A stretch of DNA of 63,981 nucleotides, filler included, from Cladosporium halotolerans (Eukaryota), in NCBI RefSeq assembly GCF_011745625.1. It is 10 parts of 10 records of this genome, joined end to end, with 100 filler letters (N's around TTAATTAATTAA, not from the genome) between each part and the next. Parts side by side here need not be neighbours in the genome. Positions count along the whole stretch, not along the records: positions 20,719 to 27,292 come from NW_027191643.1; positions 27,393 to 33,951 come from NW_027191644.1; positions 34,052 to 40,545 come from NW_027191645.1; 7 more parts are not named here. One strand, given 5' to 3'. Shown piece after piece: positions 25,573 through 38,187 of the stretch (position 1 is the stretch's first letter; every line of letters begins with the position of its first letter). Position numbers and translations under genes: made by a program. The notes beneath the pieces were generated by a model. The model was not told the origin of the DNA. It saw only the letters and a list, made by a program, of their open reading frames with translations, and ran no database searches.

Positions 25573-27210
25573 GATTACGTCAACAGAGAGGTCTGAGCAA
25601 AGTAAGTGGCTTTAGGGCCTGGCGCTCGTCAATATAAGGAACGGCGTGGAGCTAGGGCCACTTCGGTCTCTCCGAGCTCAAAGTCTGGGAAGCATTGCTG
25701 GAGCGGCATTGGCCTCGTGTTGCAGATACGTCCGATGCCGAGAGACGTGTCGCCGGATGCTCCTCTCCCGCCCCGCGGTGGCATCTGGTTACAATTGGTG
25801 AGGCTGCAGCCGCAGTAGGCTGACATCAATAGTGTCAGCTTTTCGTCGCCCAAGCTGAAGCTTTATAACGCCCCTGCATGCAGAGCCACGCATGTAGAGT
25901 TGCTCTAGCTGCATACTCTGCGCAGCGCTGTTTAATTATCGTGGGAGTCACTGGTGCTGATGGAAGTTTGGTCAGAGTCATTTTGAAGCCTACGACGCAG
26001 CTCCTACGGCCAATCACGCCGAACTCCCCAGAAGCGAATCGAGCAGCTGCTCGATACATAGACATACGGGCACCCCTCTACCCAATATCTTTTGCCTCCT
26101 TCTGGTCTCCATCCACGAAGTGCCTTTTTAAGCACGGCCGCGTCCATTCACTTCCTGATTTTCGCTTTTTGACCAATTTACAGCTGCATGTGTTCCTTTT
26201 CTTCCGCTGCACGTTGTCGCTCACTAGCAGGCACTCCAATACGACACCCTCGTAGCCTGAGAGGCTCCAATCTCTAGTCAAGAGGCCCTAGGTCCATCCG
26301 GAAATGAAGGCCTTCACCACCATCATCCGAAGCTCGAATTCGTTGATCCTAAGTGGGCTCAAACCGGAAACCAAGGGCCCCTATCCCCTTACGTCGTTCC
26401 TTCGCGGACAAATTTACCTACTAGAGCGGGGTGCGACATGCGTCGAGGGCCAGCCATTTACATCATCTCGAGATCAGATCAGATCTTCCGGACATTCATT
26501 ACGGAGTACCACACCTGACTAGGAATCCGACAATGGCCCACTTCTTGATCTTAGCCCGACCCCATCCCCGTCCCTTTTTGACTCGGCAAATTCGTACAAG
26601 TGCAATCAGTGTTCGGCGCTGTTTGCCAAACGGCATCTCCTCAAGTACGTGTTCGCTTTTGTATGGGCAGTGCTCCGCTAACTGCGGCGATCGCAGCGGA
26701 CACGCAAAAAAAAAAAAAAACACAACCCTCCCTTCCGATGCTCCCATGTGGGTTGCAGCAGTCGCTTTAGGTTCAAGAAAGACCTCTGGCGTCATTGCAA
26801 TACCCGACATGGCATGGCCAAAGCCTGATTTTGCCCGCATGCGATGCGACTTGCAAATATTGGAGGGAAGGTAGCAAGATTTTCAAGAGGGAAGTCCACT
26901 TCGACAGACACCTTGCCGAGATTCGAGATGGTTCTCCTCTCAAGAATTGAGTCATTCAGGGCCCCGGGTATTGGAATGGAAGATACTCTCTGAAAGAACC
27001 TCCAGACCTGGTCATCGAAGCCTTGGGTGTTCTGGGCATCATTTGGAGACGACTTGGACCTTGGCCTGAATGCGGATCAACAAGCACAGATAGAACTCCC
27101 ATGTGAATATGCGAAAGGTAGTGACGCGCAGTCACGCATGAAGCAACGTATCGCGTGCCTCGTCCTTGTCGATCTGCGAGATAGTTGATAGCTTCCAGAG
27201 AGTACACCGA

Positions 27211-27292
27211 CAGTCCATTATGTTCATTATGTTCATTACGTCATGTCATGTTCATCATTCCGACATGATATGAACATGGATGTCTGGGAATG
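27211..27292 (+). mobile_element. Possible end of another TIR transposon
   Basis: Starts CAGTCC, followed by repeated ATGTTC/CATT motifs and their inverse, at the contig end. Confidence 0.3.
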
Positions 27293-27392
27293 NNNNNNNN
27301 NNNNNNNNNNNNNNNNNNNNNNNNNNNNNNNNNNNNTTAATTAATTAANNNNNNNNNNNNNNNNNNNNNNNNNNNNNNNNNNNNNNNNNNNN

Positions 27393-27488
27393 GATTGCTG
27401 ATTGATTTCTGATTGAGCGCCCACCTGACTGATTTGATTCCTGATTGAGCTTCACCTGATTCTGAATATTCAAGATTCAAGATCTATG
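27393..27488 (-). mobile_element. Second copy of the CATAGATCTTGAATCTTGA transposon terminus
   Basis: Identical to positions 2-97 with a different flank. Confidence 0.8.
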
Positions 27489-28068
27489 GTCAAAACTCGA
27501 TACCTCTGCAAATATATCGTGTCTCTACCCACATCTCCGACTTGCCTCATGTAAAGTGGAACTGTGGATGTGTGAAAACAGGGATCTCTCGTTCATCGGC
27601 TCGAGTCTCTGAATCGCGCTCTGGGAGTGTGTTTCGAGGACTTGATCGGTGCAATCGACGAATAAGCGCGCAAAGTGAATGAACGGAAGTGGAGAAAGAG
27701 GGGTAGAGCGAACGAGGAAGATCAAAAAGTCTAACAAACTCTCCAATGAGCGCCAAATGGTCTGCATCGAACAGGCGCTCACGTGGCGTTACAGTACGTA
27801 TGTAGGCTTTCCCCCAGACGCTCTCGGGCCTCGATCGCGGCTAGGCAACATTTGGACTTCGATTTTGGAATGGAGGGTCAAAAGACAGTATCATTTGACC
27901 AGATTCTCACCAGTGCCCAGATGCAGCAGACGGCTGCATGTTAAGATAAAAGCCATATCCCTCAACGCGCAATTTATCTGAGCGCAAATTTAGTTTGCTC
28001 CACTTTCCCAAGAAGGCACTTTGATCTGCTAACCTTAACTCTTACTACTGCGGTTTCAAGGCTGCAAT

Positions 28069-29238
28069 ATGTCTAACAACTCGAAATCAATCAAATCTCA
28101 CCTTGATTACAGAAGCTTTCGCGTCAGCGTGGAAAACGAGTACGACAATCGATGCATTGCTCCAGCTCAACGCCGTGACAGGTGCGACTTGCTCATCGAT
28201 GCTCAAGAAGCGGACGAGGTTGCGGCTTTAACTACCGAATTACAGCAATCAGCAGCTGGACGCACAAGAAAAAGGCTTCTCCGCAGATTGATCCTCCTGC
28301 GATGTTGTGGCGAGCACCACCGACAGAAAGTTGAAGCTGATCGGTTCAACTTGGAAATGGTTGCTGGAAGATACGACGAACTTCTGAAGATAATCAAGTG
28401 CCCTACACTGACTCGATACGAGGCCACACCTGTGGAAAAGGCGGATACTTCACAAGTTAGCAAGCCCCGCTATTTTCTTCGGCCACGCCATGCGGACGAC
28501 CGAGCTGAGACAGACATGGACACGGAGGCATCTCTGTTCACGCCTTATCGTTCGGCACCACAGGACAGTGTGAGAAGTTACCTCGTTAAAGACGTTTCGA
28601 GAGCAGACAAGCGTCCAGGATTCGTGTATGCTTTCTCGTGGCCTACGCATCCAGGGTACCTGAAACTCGGCAGCAGTGGCTCTCCGTCAGATCGCATAGC
28701 GGAGTGGCAAAAATGCCATCCGCGTGCTGAGATGATCCATTCGATCGAAATGCCTTTTTCAAAAAAGGCAGAAAGACTCATTCACTTAGAGATGAGCCGC
28801 GTCAGGTATCAGATGGTATTGTGTAGGGTCTGTGGTCGTACACATCTCGAATGGTTCAAGAAGAGTGTTGCTGAGATGAAATTCATCATGGACACCTGGA
28901 AGAGGCTGTTCGACCGAAATATCGCGCTGTATGATGAGACGGGAAAATTCTCCAATGAATTGGGGAGAAGCATCCAGAAAACTTCGCATGACTTGACAGC
29001 GAAACGCCTTATGGGTATTTTCCACAGTTGCCAGGCGACCCCACAAAGGCATTCACGGCCTAAGAGGGTGCAGTGTCACACAACTTTGACCAAACCCTCA
29101 TCATGGTCGCAAGTATGTGACAGATCTTTGGCCTATGATGATGAGTCACAAGATCAAATGGAAACCCGCGACTGGGATGTTGTGGCTGAGTATTTTGACG
29201 ACTTTCGCCAATCTAAATACGGACCTGATGAGTGGTAG
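28069..29238 (+). CDS. T5orf172/MUG113 (GIY-YIG-like) domain protein
   Basis: PGFVYAF..YLKLG..RIAEWQKC..AERLIHLEM..CRVCGRTHLEWF. Confidence 0.8.
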   Translation: MSNNSKSIKSHLDYRSFRVSVENEYDNRCIAPAQRRDRCDLLIDAQEADEVAALTTELQQSAAGRTRKRLLRRLILLRCCGEHHRQKVEADRFNLEMVAGRYDELLKIIKCPTLTRYEATPVEKADTSQVSKPRYFLRPRHADDRAETDMDTEASLFTPYRSAPQDSVRSYLVKDVSRADKRPGFVYAFSWPTHPGYLKLGSSGSPSDRIAEWQKCHPRAEMIHSIEMPFSKKAERLIHLEMSRVRYQMVLCRVCGRTHLEWFKKSVAEMKFIMDTWKRLFDRNIALYDETGKFSNELGRSIQKTSHDLTAKRLMGIFHSCQATPQRHSRPKRVQCHTTLTKPSSWSQVCDRSLAYDDESQDQMETRDWDVVAEYFDDFRQSKYGPDEW

Positions 29239-29436
29239 ATCTTTGCGCTATGGTAAACCCAATTTCTCACATATCTGTGTAAATGTGGGGCTACTGTGAG
29301 CGTCGGAAGCATTCTCAGTGTTCGACTGTATATTGATGTTAGTGACCACGATCACGTGATTGAAAAATCACGTGACCAAAAGGTCAAGTTGCTACTGGTT
29401 TAGAAAGGAAGATAGAAGCACTTGGACTGTGAAGCG

Positions 29437-29540
29437 GCAATCCGGCCTTCTTGAAACCTTACAGTCACTATTAAGAACGCGTCAAACAGCAATTCGGCCT
29501 TCTTGAAACCTTACAGTCACTATTAAGAACGCGTCAAACA
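29437..29540 (+). repeat. 52-bp tandem duplication
   Basis: GCAAT(C/T)CGGCCTTCTTGAAACC..GCGTCAAACA occurs twice with one mismatch. Confidence 0.9.
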
Positions 29541-30040
29541 CACGATATCGATGGCATACCGTGTTCCCATACGCAAAGGGTGATCACTCGATCAATTTGT
29601 CTTTTGATTCTTCAGTCGACCCGGCGAGTGTCTGATCGGCCGGGGTCATTCCTACTGGGCCACGTGGTTGCACATGGACTTTGAGTCGCATCAGCTGGGG
29701 TAAAACCAAGGCTCGCTTCCTAACCCAATAAGATGGGACCAGTTGTCTCCAATCTTGGATCATAACACATAGATTGTGCCGATAGGCTATCGCATCCAAG
29801 AAGACGCATTCTCCCGCGTGACGGCGTATGGCGGGGAAGCCTGCGTCTGCCCTTCCCACTTTTTGCATGATGACTGCGTCTACCATTAGAGCTGAAGCGG
29901 AGATATTTGTCAAGGTACTGAAATGCACTGAAGTGCTATGATTCACAGCATCGCAAGTGCTTGATTCTTATCTTTTCGATCGCAAGCTAAACAGAACACT
30001 GCAGACCGGCGCAAAGAGATACAACAAAGCCATTTTCAGG

Positions 30041-30412
30041 ATGAGTACAGATTGCGCCCCATGCAGAAAGACTTTTTACAGCGAGAACGCACTCCAGCAG
30101 CACCTACGTGACTCGCCCGCCCACAGGATCGAGTGCAGAGACTGTGAAAAGTCTTTCGACAGCGAGAACGCACTTCAGCAGCATCTGCGGGACTCACCAG
30201 TGCGTAAGAGCCGATCTCAAGTTTACAAAAGCTATGGCGGATTTCACAACTTCATCCAGTCTCATGGGCTGAAGCGTAAGAAACGTTCGTCGATGAATGC
30301 TTTGTTTGTACACTCACTGTCATTGTACGCAGCATATAATCTGGAAGATCTCGAAGAAGCAGGCATGATCGCTGACATGATGTCACAAAAGATGCGAGGG
30401 CTGAGTGTTTGA
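30041..30412 (+). CDS. Small protein with two C2H2-type Zn fingers and a YGG..NF..GLK C-terminal motif (one intron)
   Basis: Repeated C..C.K.F.SENALQQHLRDSP. GTAAG..GCAG intron near 30276-30332. Confidence 0.7.
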   Translation: MSTDCAPCRKTFYSENALQQHLRDSPAHRIECRDCEKSFDSENALQQHLRDSPVRKSRSQVYKSYGGFHNFIQSHGLKRKKRSSMNALFVHSLSLYAAYNLEDLEEAGMIADMMSQKMRGLSV

Positions 30413-31029
30413 AGGCTGGGAATGCTCATGTGATTGTGTTCACCCTGATCTTTCCAATGGTGAACATCTGAGTAAAAAGTGCCCTAGGTTTCGAAGTCCA
30501 AACTCGTCTTCTAGATCTTTTTGTGAAATCAATCGGAAGTCCTTAAGCAATTCTATCGATTCTACGTCGACTTGTCTTGATGCAATTTATGTTGCATGCG
30601 TGATTCGTCGTCGAAGTCGTCGTCGTTTGACGCCAATGCCAAGAGCGTTGCAATTCCAACCCTAACTGCGTTACAATTCAACCTCAAGTGCTCCGTGAGA
30701 TCACGAAGATCAGGGTGGGATTGACGAGAACGAATAGATCTCGAACAGAAAAGAGGGTTCTATGTAAGGAAATAAGTGCTGACCCTATGCTTAAATGCGT
30801 GCTCCAACTGCAATCAAGAAGTCGGGTATGCATGTAAGTGCTGCTGACTGACAAAGCAGGCGGATACGCACGTAGCTCGAAACGGGTGTACACGTGAAAG
30901 CTCGCGTCATCGAGCGTGACCGATAATATGAGTCAGTGCCCAGCAAGGTCAAGTGTGCGATTCGAGCTCTTTTTGCACCTGCTAGATCCCGTCGCTAAAA
31001 AGAGACCCTTTTCGACCTTGTCACAGGCA

Positions 31030-33951
31030 AGGTCATCGTTTATATCAATCGAAAGCTCAGAATCAGCACAGTGTGGGCACACCAACGTGATCTTCAGCGC
31101 CTCGCTGGCGGGGATGATATTCCCCAGTAAAGGTGGCGGAGGGGCGCCCCAAACTGACGTTTCAGGGTCCGAAGCGTGCGGGGAAGCCCCCGAGCCAATC
31201 GCAAGCCTCGAGGACCCTGAATTTTGCGATTTGGGCCTCCGACCTGGCGGAGAGCGGACTTGGGAAGACAGGCAAGCTGCTCGCGCCACAGGACCAGCGA
31301 GTCCAAAGAAGCGAAAGGCAGACGCAGGATCAGCTATCAGTATCTCTGATGATGTGCTTGCACAAGCATTCGAGAAGTTCCTGGCGAGCGGTCGCCTACG
31401 CGGGACCGCAGGGCCGACCCTCGCCGCCGGCTCGCTGGGAGAAATGCAATATCTTCGAGGCGAAATAAGGCTAGAGATGAGCAAGATTCAGATGCAGATC
31501 ACTCAGCTCGTGAATACTGCAATGGCAAACATGCAAGCCGAGGCGGATCAGCGGGTGGAAGCCGCGCTCCAAAGAATCATGGAAGTGCTCGAGAAGCAGC
31601 CGGAACAGAGTAATGAGCGAATGGCACCCTCGATCAGGTCTGACGCTCAGTCAGCACGTGTCGCGCAGGGCTCTAGCAGACAAGTGCCGCTACCAGGGCA
31701 AGTAGCACAGCCAAGCTGGGCCGACATCACGGGGACGAGCGGAGTAGGCGGCTGGACAACGGTCACAAACATCAAGAAAAAGCTGAAGAAACACCCGCTC
31801 GACCAAAGACGTATTCTCTTCGCCAGAAATTTACAGTCGCATAGCTGCGATCCGAGAGACATCATGTTTGAGGTGAATAAGGCCCTAGCGAACGCGAGAG
31901 CTCATGTAACGGTGAGATTGATCAAAATGCGATACACGGAAAAGGCAACTTGACGGGCGTGGTGAGCCAACACGCATGCGCAGACGAGCTGCCGAACCAC
32001 GCGACGGTCGTCATGACGGCTGTGAAGAAGCTAGACCCTGAAGTCGCCTTCGTCGAGAAGACAGAGAGGTGGCGCAAGCTGCGAGTACATGGCGTCGCAC
32101 TGGACCGCTACCTGACCGAAGGTGGATTGGACCTGGCGCGGGACGAGATCGAGCTCATGATAGGAGAACGACTGCCGTATGCGCCACGATGGATGAAGGG
32201 AGATACGCTGGGTGAACGGTTCGACAACGGAAGCATCAAGCGGTCGACGCTTGTCTTGACCGTCAAAAGCAAACAGTCTGCGGACATCATCCTGGCCAAA
32301 GGCCTTTCTTTTGGCGGCAGACGTCACGAAGCCGAGAGATTCTGGGAACGGGGAGAAGGCAGGATGTGCATGCGCTGTTGCGGCCGCGACCATCTCGGCA
32401 AGTGCACGGAGGAGGCCAGATGCTTTGTCTGTGCAGGCGAACATGCAGGAACTGAACACCACTGCGCCGCTGAAGGCTGTGGTAAGAGATCGGAGCCGTG
32501 CGAACACCACATGGCGAAGTGCGCGAACTGTTACGGGTCGCATATTGCGACGTCACGAAAGTGCCCAGAAAGGAGGTCGCAGCAGCAGACACGTGCGCCA
32601 AAGCCAACGGTAATACGCAGCAGCCCCCCGGTGATGGATGCGGAGCAAGAGCAGGAAGAGCTCCCAGGACAGGAAGATGAAGCAGGAATGGAGCTAGAGA
32701 CAACACCTGTTGACTATGGCCTGACTAGCCCGGTGGAAGTGATGACGATTTCTTCGGACACCAGCACACATCAGCCACTCCCCCGGAGTCAAAACATGCC
32801 CCGTCCAACAAGGGAACTCCGTTCGACAACCAGGTCACTCTTGGGAGGAGCTCAGAAGTTCCCCAGCCCAAATGACGAGACTCACATGTCCATAGACGAT
32901 GATAGTGCTTCAACAAAACTGCAACCGCACAGCTGCGTCGACGACAGCGGCACTTGAGGCTGCCCTGGAGCGAGGAGCAGATGTGGCATGCTTGCAAGAG
33001 CCGCACGTGGGGAGGAAGCATACGATCAGCCATCCTGGGTTCCAGCTTAGGTATCCCGAAGGTGCAAAGGAAAACAACAGAGTGGCGTTGGCAATCCGCA
33101 ACGACGCGCTGGATCGATACGTGTTTGAAGAGAGGACAGACCTGGTGGACAGCCCTCACGTGCAGTGCCTCGACATCTGGGAGACAACGAACCGCAGAAA
33201 GACGCGTCGAACGAGACTGATCAATCTCTACAATAAAGCCAGAGTGGAAGGTGGCGGGTCTACGATCGACCGCATTGACTGGTCAACGCTCATTAAGGGC
33301 AGGACCGTACTTGCCGGCGACTTCAACGCTCGCAGTCCCGCATGGGACCCGTGGGTTGTGGGTAGGCAAAATGCAGGAACGACAGATCGCTTGATTGAGA
33401 GGCACGATCTTATCGTCAACAACAGCTACCACCAACCCACTAGACGAGGGAGAGACTCCAAGTCAGTCATCGATTTGACCCTGAGTACCCTGAAAATGGG
33501 TGCGCTCACTACCTGGGAAATAGACGAAGACCTGGCCACAACGTCCGACCACGAAGTGATCATCTTCGCGTGGGCGCCGCTAAGTGCGACCATCCCGGAA
33601 AAGAAAAGTTGCGCTACGCCGAACTGGAATCTCGACCGTCTCTGCGGCAGTGAAGAAGCGTTGAAGAAGGCAGGCGAGCACTGGCACGAGCTGGGTCAAG
33701 GAAGGGTGCTTATCAGTGCGTGGACCGCGACGCCGGCAGAACTCGAGGCAGAAGCGTGCTGGATGCAAGAAAGTCTCAGGGCTGTGCTAGACCGACATGC
33801 ACCCGGGAGGCCGCCGTGCGCACGCTCAAAGCGGTGGTGGACAGAGGGCATAAAACAGGAGAGACGGCTGTTTGGAGGCGCGAGACGTGCTTACAAAGAT
33901 GGTCGGATCAATTTTGACGAGTACCGTCAAGTGAGAAACAGCTACTACCGC
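31030..33951 (+). mobile_element. 5' part of a LINE retrotransposon: ORF1 gag (frameshift near 31945) and ORF2 AP-endonuclease
   Basis: PSWADI, knuckles CMRCCGRDH, CFVCAGEH and CANCYGSH. Overlapping ORF2 with QQNCNR, CLQEP, GDFNARSPAW, SVIDLT, SDHEVI, SKRWW. 5' boundary approximate. Confidence 0.92.
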
Positions 33952-34797
33952 NNNNNNNNNNNNNNNNNNNNNNNNNNNNNNNNNNNNNNNNNNNNTTAAT
34001 TAATTAANNNNNNNNNNNNNNNNNNNNNNNNNNNNNNNNNNNNNNNNNNNNTTTCAGAGACGACGTCTACATCCATGTGGACGCGTAGTAGAAGTGCAAA
34101 GCTTTGTCGTCAATGTATCTTCCTGTCTTTCGCTCCATCGACTTCTCATGTTTCAAAACCTGTGAGAATCAAGTTGAGCTTGGCAATCCCAAAACTTTCG
34201 GAGAATCGGAGGATGCAGAACCGGTCCCCCGCCTTGGCCGGTCGCGCACAGCCTCGCTCGACCCCACGCGCATCATACGTAGTCATGACAGCAAAACGCA
34301 TGCCTGCACCACGTGACGGAGGCTCATTTCGAACCGCTGTCTTCTCATGAGAAGCCGCCTGCAAGCTGCACCCTGCCTCGATCGGCTCCGTAGTCTCCCT
34401 CACTGACGGTGAAAGTGTCTAGCGGTCTAGCGCCACAACGCACGGCCTGCGTATTTCTTTCTGAAAGCAGGGGCCCCGCTGCGCAAGGGCGCGTATAGCG
34501 ATGGAACATTGGCATGTCCATATAGTCTCGACGATGCAGTAACGCCTTTCTTTTGCTTTCGATTATGACGCTCTCAGGTCGATGGTGCGCTCGCATGCAA
34601 CGACTCGCATCCCAGAGACAAACTGCCAAACACCGCGGAGAATCCCGCTCATAGCGCTCGCTTCAACCTCCGACAGATATTCTGAATCGAACGCCAATGC
34701 CACCCGGAATGCTCTGCCTCCCCCAGTGGATCATCGCCTGCGCAGGAACCTGCATTGTACAGGCCCTCCAGTCACTTGGCTCGCACCGAGGGTCACT

Positions 34798-35868
34798 ATG
34801 CCTCCGAGCGCCTCGCTCCAGCATGCACCAGAAGCGCGCATGGGATGGACAGGCCGCCGCATCACTCGCTCCATGGCTGCGGCTGCCAATCCTATGGCGG
34901 TAGTGCTCGGTACGGTCGAGTTGCTTGAGCGGATAATCTCGTTCCTCCCTGAGAAAGACATATTCCGTGTCCAGCGCGTCTCGAAGAAGTGGCGCGACCT
35001 GATCGTGCGATCACGACCCATCAGAGAGCGAGCTTTTGTGAAGACTCAGGAGAGGCACGAGTTTTGGCGGCTAGTATATCGGGAGTGGCGGGCCAACTCC
35101 AGCCCGGAACACGCAGAAAAATGTCCGGGACTATCTTCCCAGCCCATCGAGCCTTCCGACGCCACAATCGAACCAGTACACGTCGTCACGCCGCTGGTTA
35201 TGAATCCGGTGCTGCAACGTTGGGCTCGCAGCGAATTCACTCGCAGCACAAAGACTGGAACCCAACTATCACCATCTTATTTCCACGGCTGGTCCTTGGC
35301 ATCATACGACAACTTTGTGGAGAATCGGCAGATGTCTTCCCAACGCCTCAGCGTGTGGTCTGCGTACATATCGGACCCTCCGTGTTTTGAAGCTGAGGTG
35401 AGCATCGATCTCTGTCTCGTAAAGAGGAAACAAGTGGTCGCATCCACCAACCAGGCGTGGTTCCACACATACGACTTACACTCGAGGGCAATGTTAAGTG
35501 GGATCACAGCCACGTCAGCTACCGGACTTACCCTGGGAGATGTCGTACATGCAGCGTTCACCCTTCGGGGAACTCAAGTCGAGTTTAACTCCTTCTCAGA
35601 CGACTTGGAGATTCAGAAGATTGATGAAATTCAACAAAAGGTACATGCTTTGGGTGGAGCGACGGTACAAGAGCTTCGTTCGATTAGCGAGGACTTTGGC
35701 TGGGTTTGCCATCCAACCTGTCCGAAGGCAACCCTTACGATCTTGGTACCTTCCGGCGGTCTTCTGAGCAATGTGCCTTGCGTGGTACCCTTGAAGAAGG
35801 AGTGGAAAGCAGCGAGAGACGGGAAAGAGATGGTTATCTGGCGATTGCCGGTTCATCATAACTTCTAG
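34798..35868 (+). CDS. F-box domain protein
   Basis: VLGTVELLERIISFLPEKDIFRVQRVSKKWRDLI. Confidence 0.8.
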   Translation: MPPSASLQHAPEARMGWTGRRITRSMAAAANPMAVVLGTVELLERIISFLPEKDIFRVQRVSKKWRDLIVRSRPIRERAFVKTQERHEFWRLVYREWRANSSPEHAEKCPGLSSQPIEPSDATIEPVHVVTPLVMNPVLQRWARSEFTRSTKTGTQLSPSYFHGWSLASYDNFVENRQMSSQRLSVWSAYISDPPCFEAEVSIDLCLVKRKQVVASTNQAWFHTYDLHSRAMLSGITATSATGLTLGDVVHAAFTLRGTQVEFNSFSDDLEIQKIDEIQQKVHALGGATVQELRSISEDFGWVCHPTCPKATLTILVPSGGLLSNVPCVVPLKKEWKAARDGKEMVIWRLPVHHNF

Positions 35869-36650
35869 ATTTGCTGCACGATATAATAGCCCTCTAAACA
35901 GAGGACTGACTTGTGATGGTCATCATCTGCGGGGCGATACTGCTTGACTCTTGGTGGACCCGCTCAAAACTGCACCAATGGATGTTTGTGCGAAGGCGCT
36001 ACGCCTCGCGTGCCGCTCACAAAGCCGAATTAAAGCCTACCGTTAATGCAGAGGTTACAGTTTGGGTCGGGTCGATTGAGCCGTCTGTGGATACAGCCTA
36101 ACACAGCTAAGCGCGACAGGATTTTGCATTGCACAGCCTCCGTGATCCAACGAGAAGTGTATTTTGCTCAAGCCTTGGGTCCCGACAGAGTGGATCTTCA
36201 GATTTGACCAAGGCGCAGTGATGCAAGTGATGCTACGTGATCCAGATGGCATATAGGCACAAAACGCTGCAAGTCACGGACCTGTGACTCTAGGTCTTCG
36301 GTGCGTCTTTCCGTCATGTGTTTGCAACTGCTGTTGCTGCTTCTGCTCCTCTTCCGATTGCAACGTCACTCTATCCACGCATTCCTTCCAGCCATCAGCA
36401 CGCTTCGATTCACTGACTATCTGATAGGAGCAAACCGCAACTGCTACCCAGCTTCCGTGGAGCGGAATCAGAGCGGATATGGAGATGCCTTGGTCCGACC
36501 AATGTCTGCGAGCACCGCTTCGCTGAGGCTAGACAACTCATATCTGCGCACTAGGCATGACAATCATGGAAGCAGCACTATGATATTGGGTTTCCATTGC
36601 ATATACTGTAGTAAATGCGTACTGCATATATGTCTTGGAAATTGATGCAT

Positions 36651-37403
36651 CTACACATCTTTCTCCAAACATCCAAGCTCTCTCAAGACGGCCTCCGAAA
36701 AATGAACGGATTTGCCTTTCAACATTGCACGGTCTTTGGCGGACGTTAATTCAGTCTTTGCAAGCTTGTCCATGTTCCAGCTCCTCCGTACCCGGTAGTA
36801 GACGCTGGTGAGACCATCTGTGGTCCGCGGACCGAAGCTTTTTGCGAATTCACGCTCTCTTTCAGGCCAGGTGAGCTCTTTCGCGACGCGGTGGTACATG
36901 ATGAAGAATTTCTGCTCCTCCGTGTAGGATGGTCTGTTAGGCCGAGATCTACCCTGAGTTGACTTATGCGGTGCGGGACGGCCCTTCGATACGTTCGCAT
37001 TGCTGTACGATTGGTTTGTAAGATATTCATTGCCGCCGGCAGTCGATTGCAGGAGGCGGCGTGAGAGAGGTCCAGCAGTCTCCGAGACACGCGATCCCGT
37101 GCAATGTTCGCTATCTCTGCAAATCGAAAATGATCTTGCAACGCCGCTCTGATGCCGCGGATAGCCATGTCTTGGTAAAAAGGAATCGGCAAGCTCGCTG
37201 TGACCATCGCGCTGGTGAAGCATTGATTGAGACGGCGGTGCACGTGATGGAGGATAAGCTTTCTGCTGGGGAGCGTGATGGCTGACGGTTGTACCAAAGG
37301 GTATATAGTTTGCACCTTCCATGTCGCAGCATAACGATGCTACAGTGATCTTCTGATAACGGCCGCCACCGGTCGTGATTATTTTCGCGGTCGGCGTAGC
37401 CAT
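36651..37403 (-). CDS. Hypothetical protein with a C-terminal Myb/HTH-like domain
   Basis: RPSYTEEQKFFIMYHR..LTW..F..RTTDGLTSVYYR. Start uncertain. Confidence 0.6.
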   Translation of the reverse strand: MATPTAKIITTGGGRYQKITVASLCCDMEGANYIPFGTTVSHHAPQQKAYPPSRAPPSQSMLHQRDGHSELADSFLPRHGYPRHQSGVARSFSICRDSEHCTGSRVSETAGPLSRRLLQSTAGGNEYLTNQSYSNANVSKGRPAPHKSTQGRSRPNRPSYTEEQKFFIMYHRVAKELTWPEREREFAKSFGPRTTDGLTSVYYRVRRSWNMDKLAKTELTSAKDRAMLKGKSVHFSEAVLRELGCLEKDV

Positions 37404-38187
37404 GGTCGGCGTCGACAAATGAAGCTGCGTTCTGCCCTTTTGCGTTGACCAGAGGCGCCTAGCGTGGCCGTTATGTGACTTTCTACGTCGAATAACGCAT
37501 AGAGGGACGGGACTCGCAACGTTCTGATATGGGGGAAACATGATGGGCTTTGCGTCACATGTGCTGCCCATCATCCTAGCATCCCTACAAACGCCTGATG
37601 TCGCACAACACACAGTCTTGTGAAACCGGAGCAACTGCGGCCGGTTACACCTGGTTACGCATGCACATAAGGCCCTTGCTTCGCTACAGATGGGGTGCAC
37701 AAACCACCTGTCTTGGTCGCCACGGTAAGGTGCTGAGCAGGCCGGCGTCTTGAGAGCGTTGGTTGACACTTGGATTGACGAAGCGCGTCATGTGCCCCTG
37801 TGGATGCGAGCTGGTGAAGCAACTTCGATATTGAGTCAGAAGCAGAAATAGTTCAGGAACACCACGAGCATGCTGTCTTAGATCTGCAGTGTAGTGAGGT
37901 CCTCTCTACTGTGCGGCTGTGCCATCCTGATGGGTGACGGTATGTCGCCCATGAACCTCGAGAGGTACTTCGTTTCCTGGCTAAGTCCTCGAACCTTTTG
38001 CTCACCGTCTTTTCCCAGAAACAAAGGGAAACGCAGATGCCGACGCGAAAGGTCATGATTTCTGGTTTGACTGCTCTCTGCTTTTGACTCTTCACGCGAC
38101 AGAGAAAGACTCGAGAAAGATCGTGAATTGATGTCATGATGTCATCTTTGTACGATCACAGCTGCATGGCCATAACTATTCGTTCTC

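Noticed and set aside
26706..26720. Poly(A) run as a retroposed tail
   Set aside because: No recognisable upstream element or target-site duplication.
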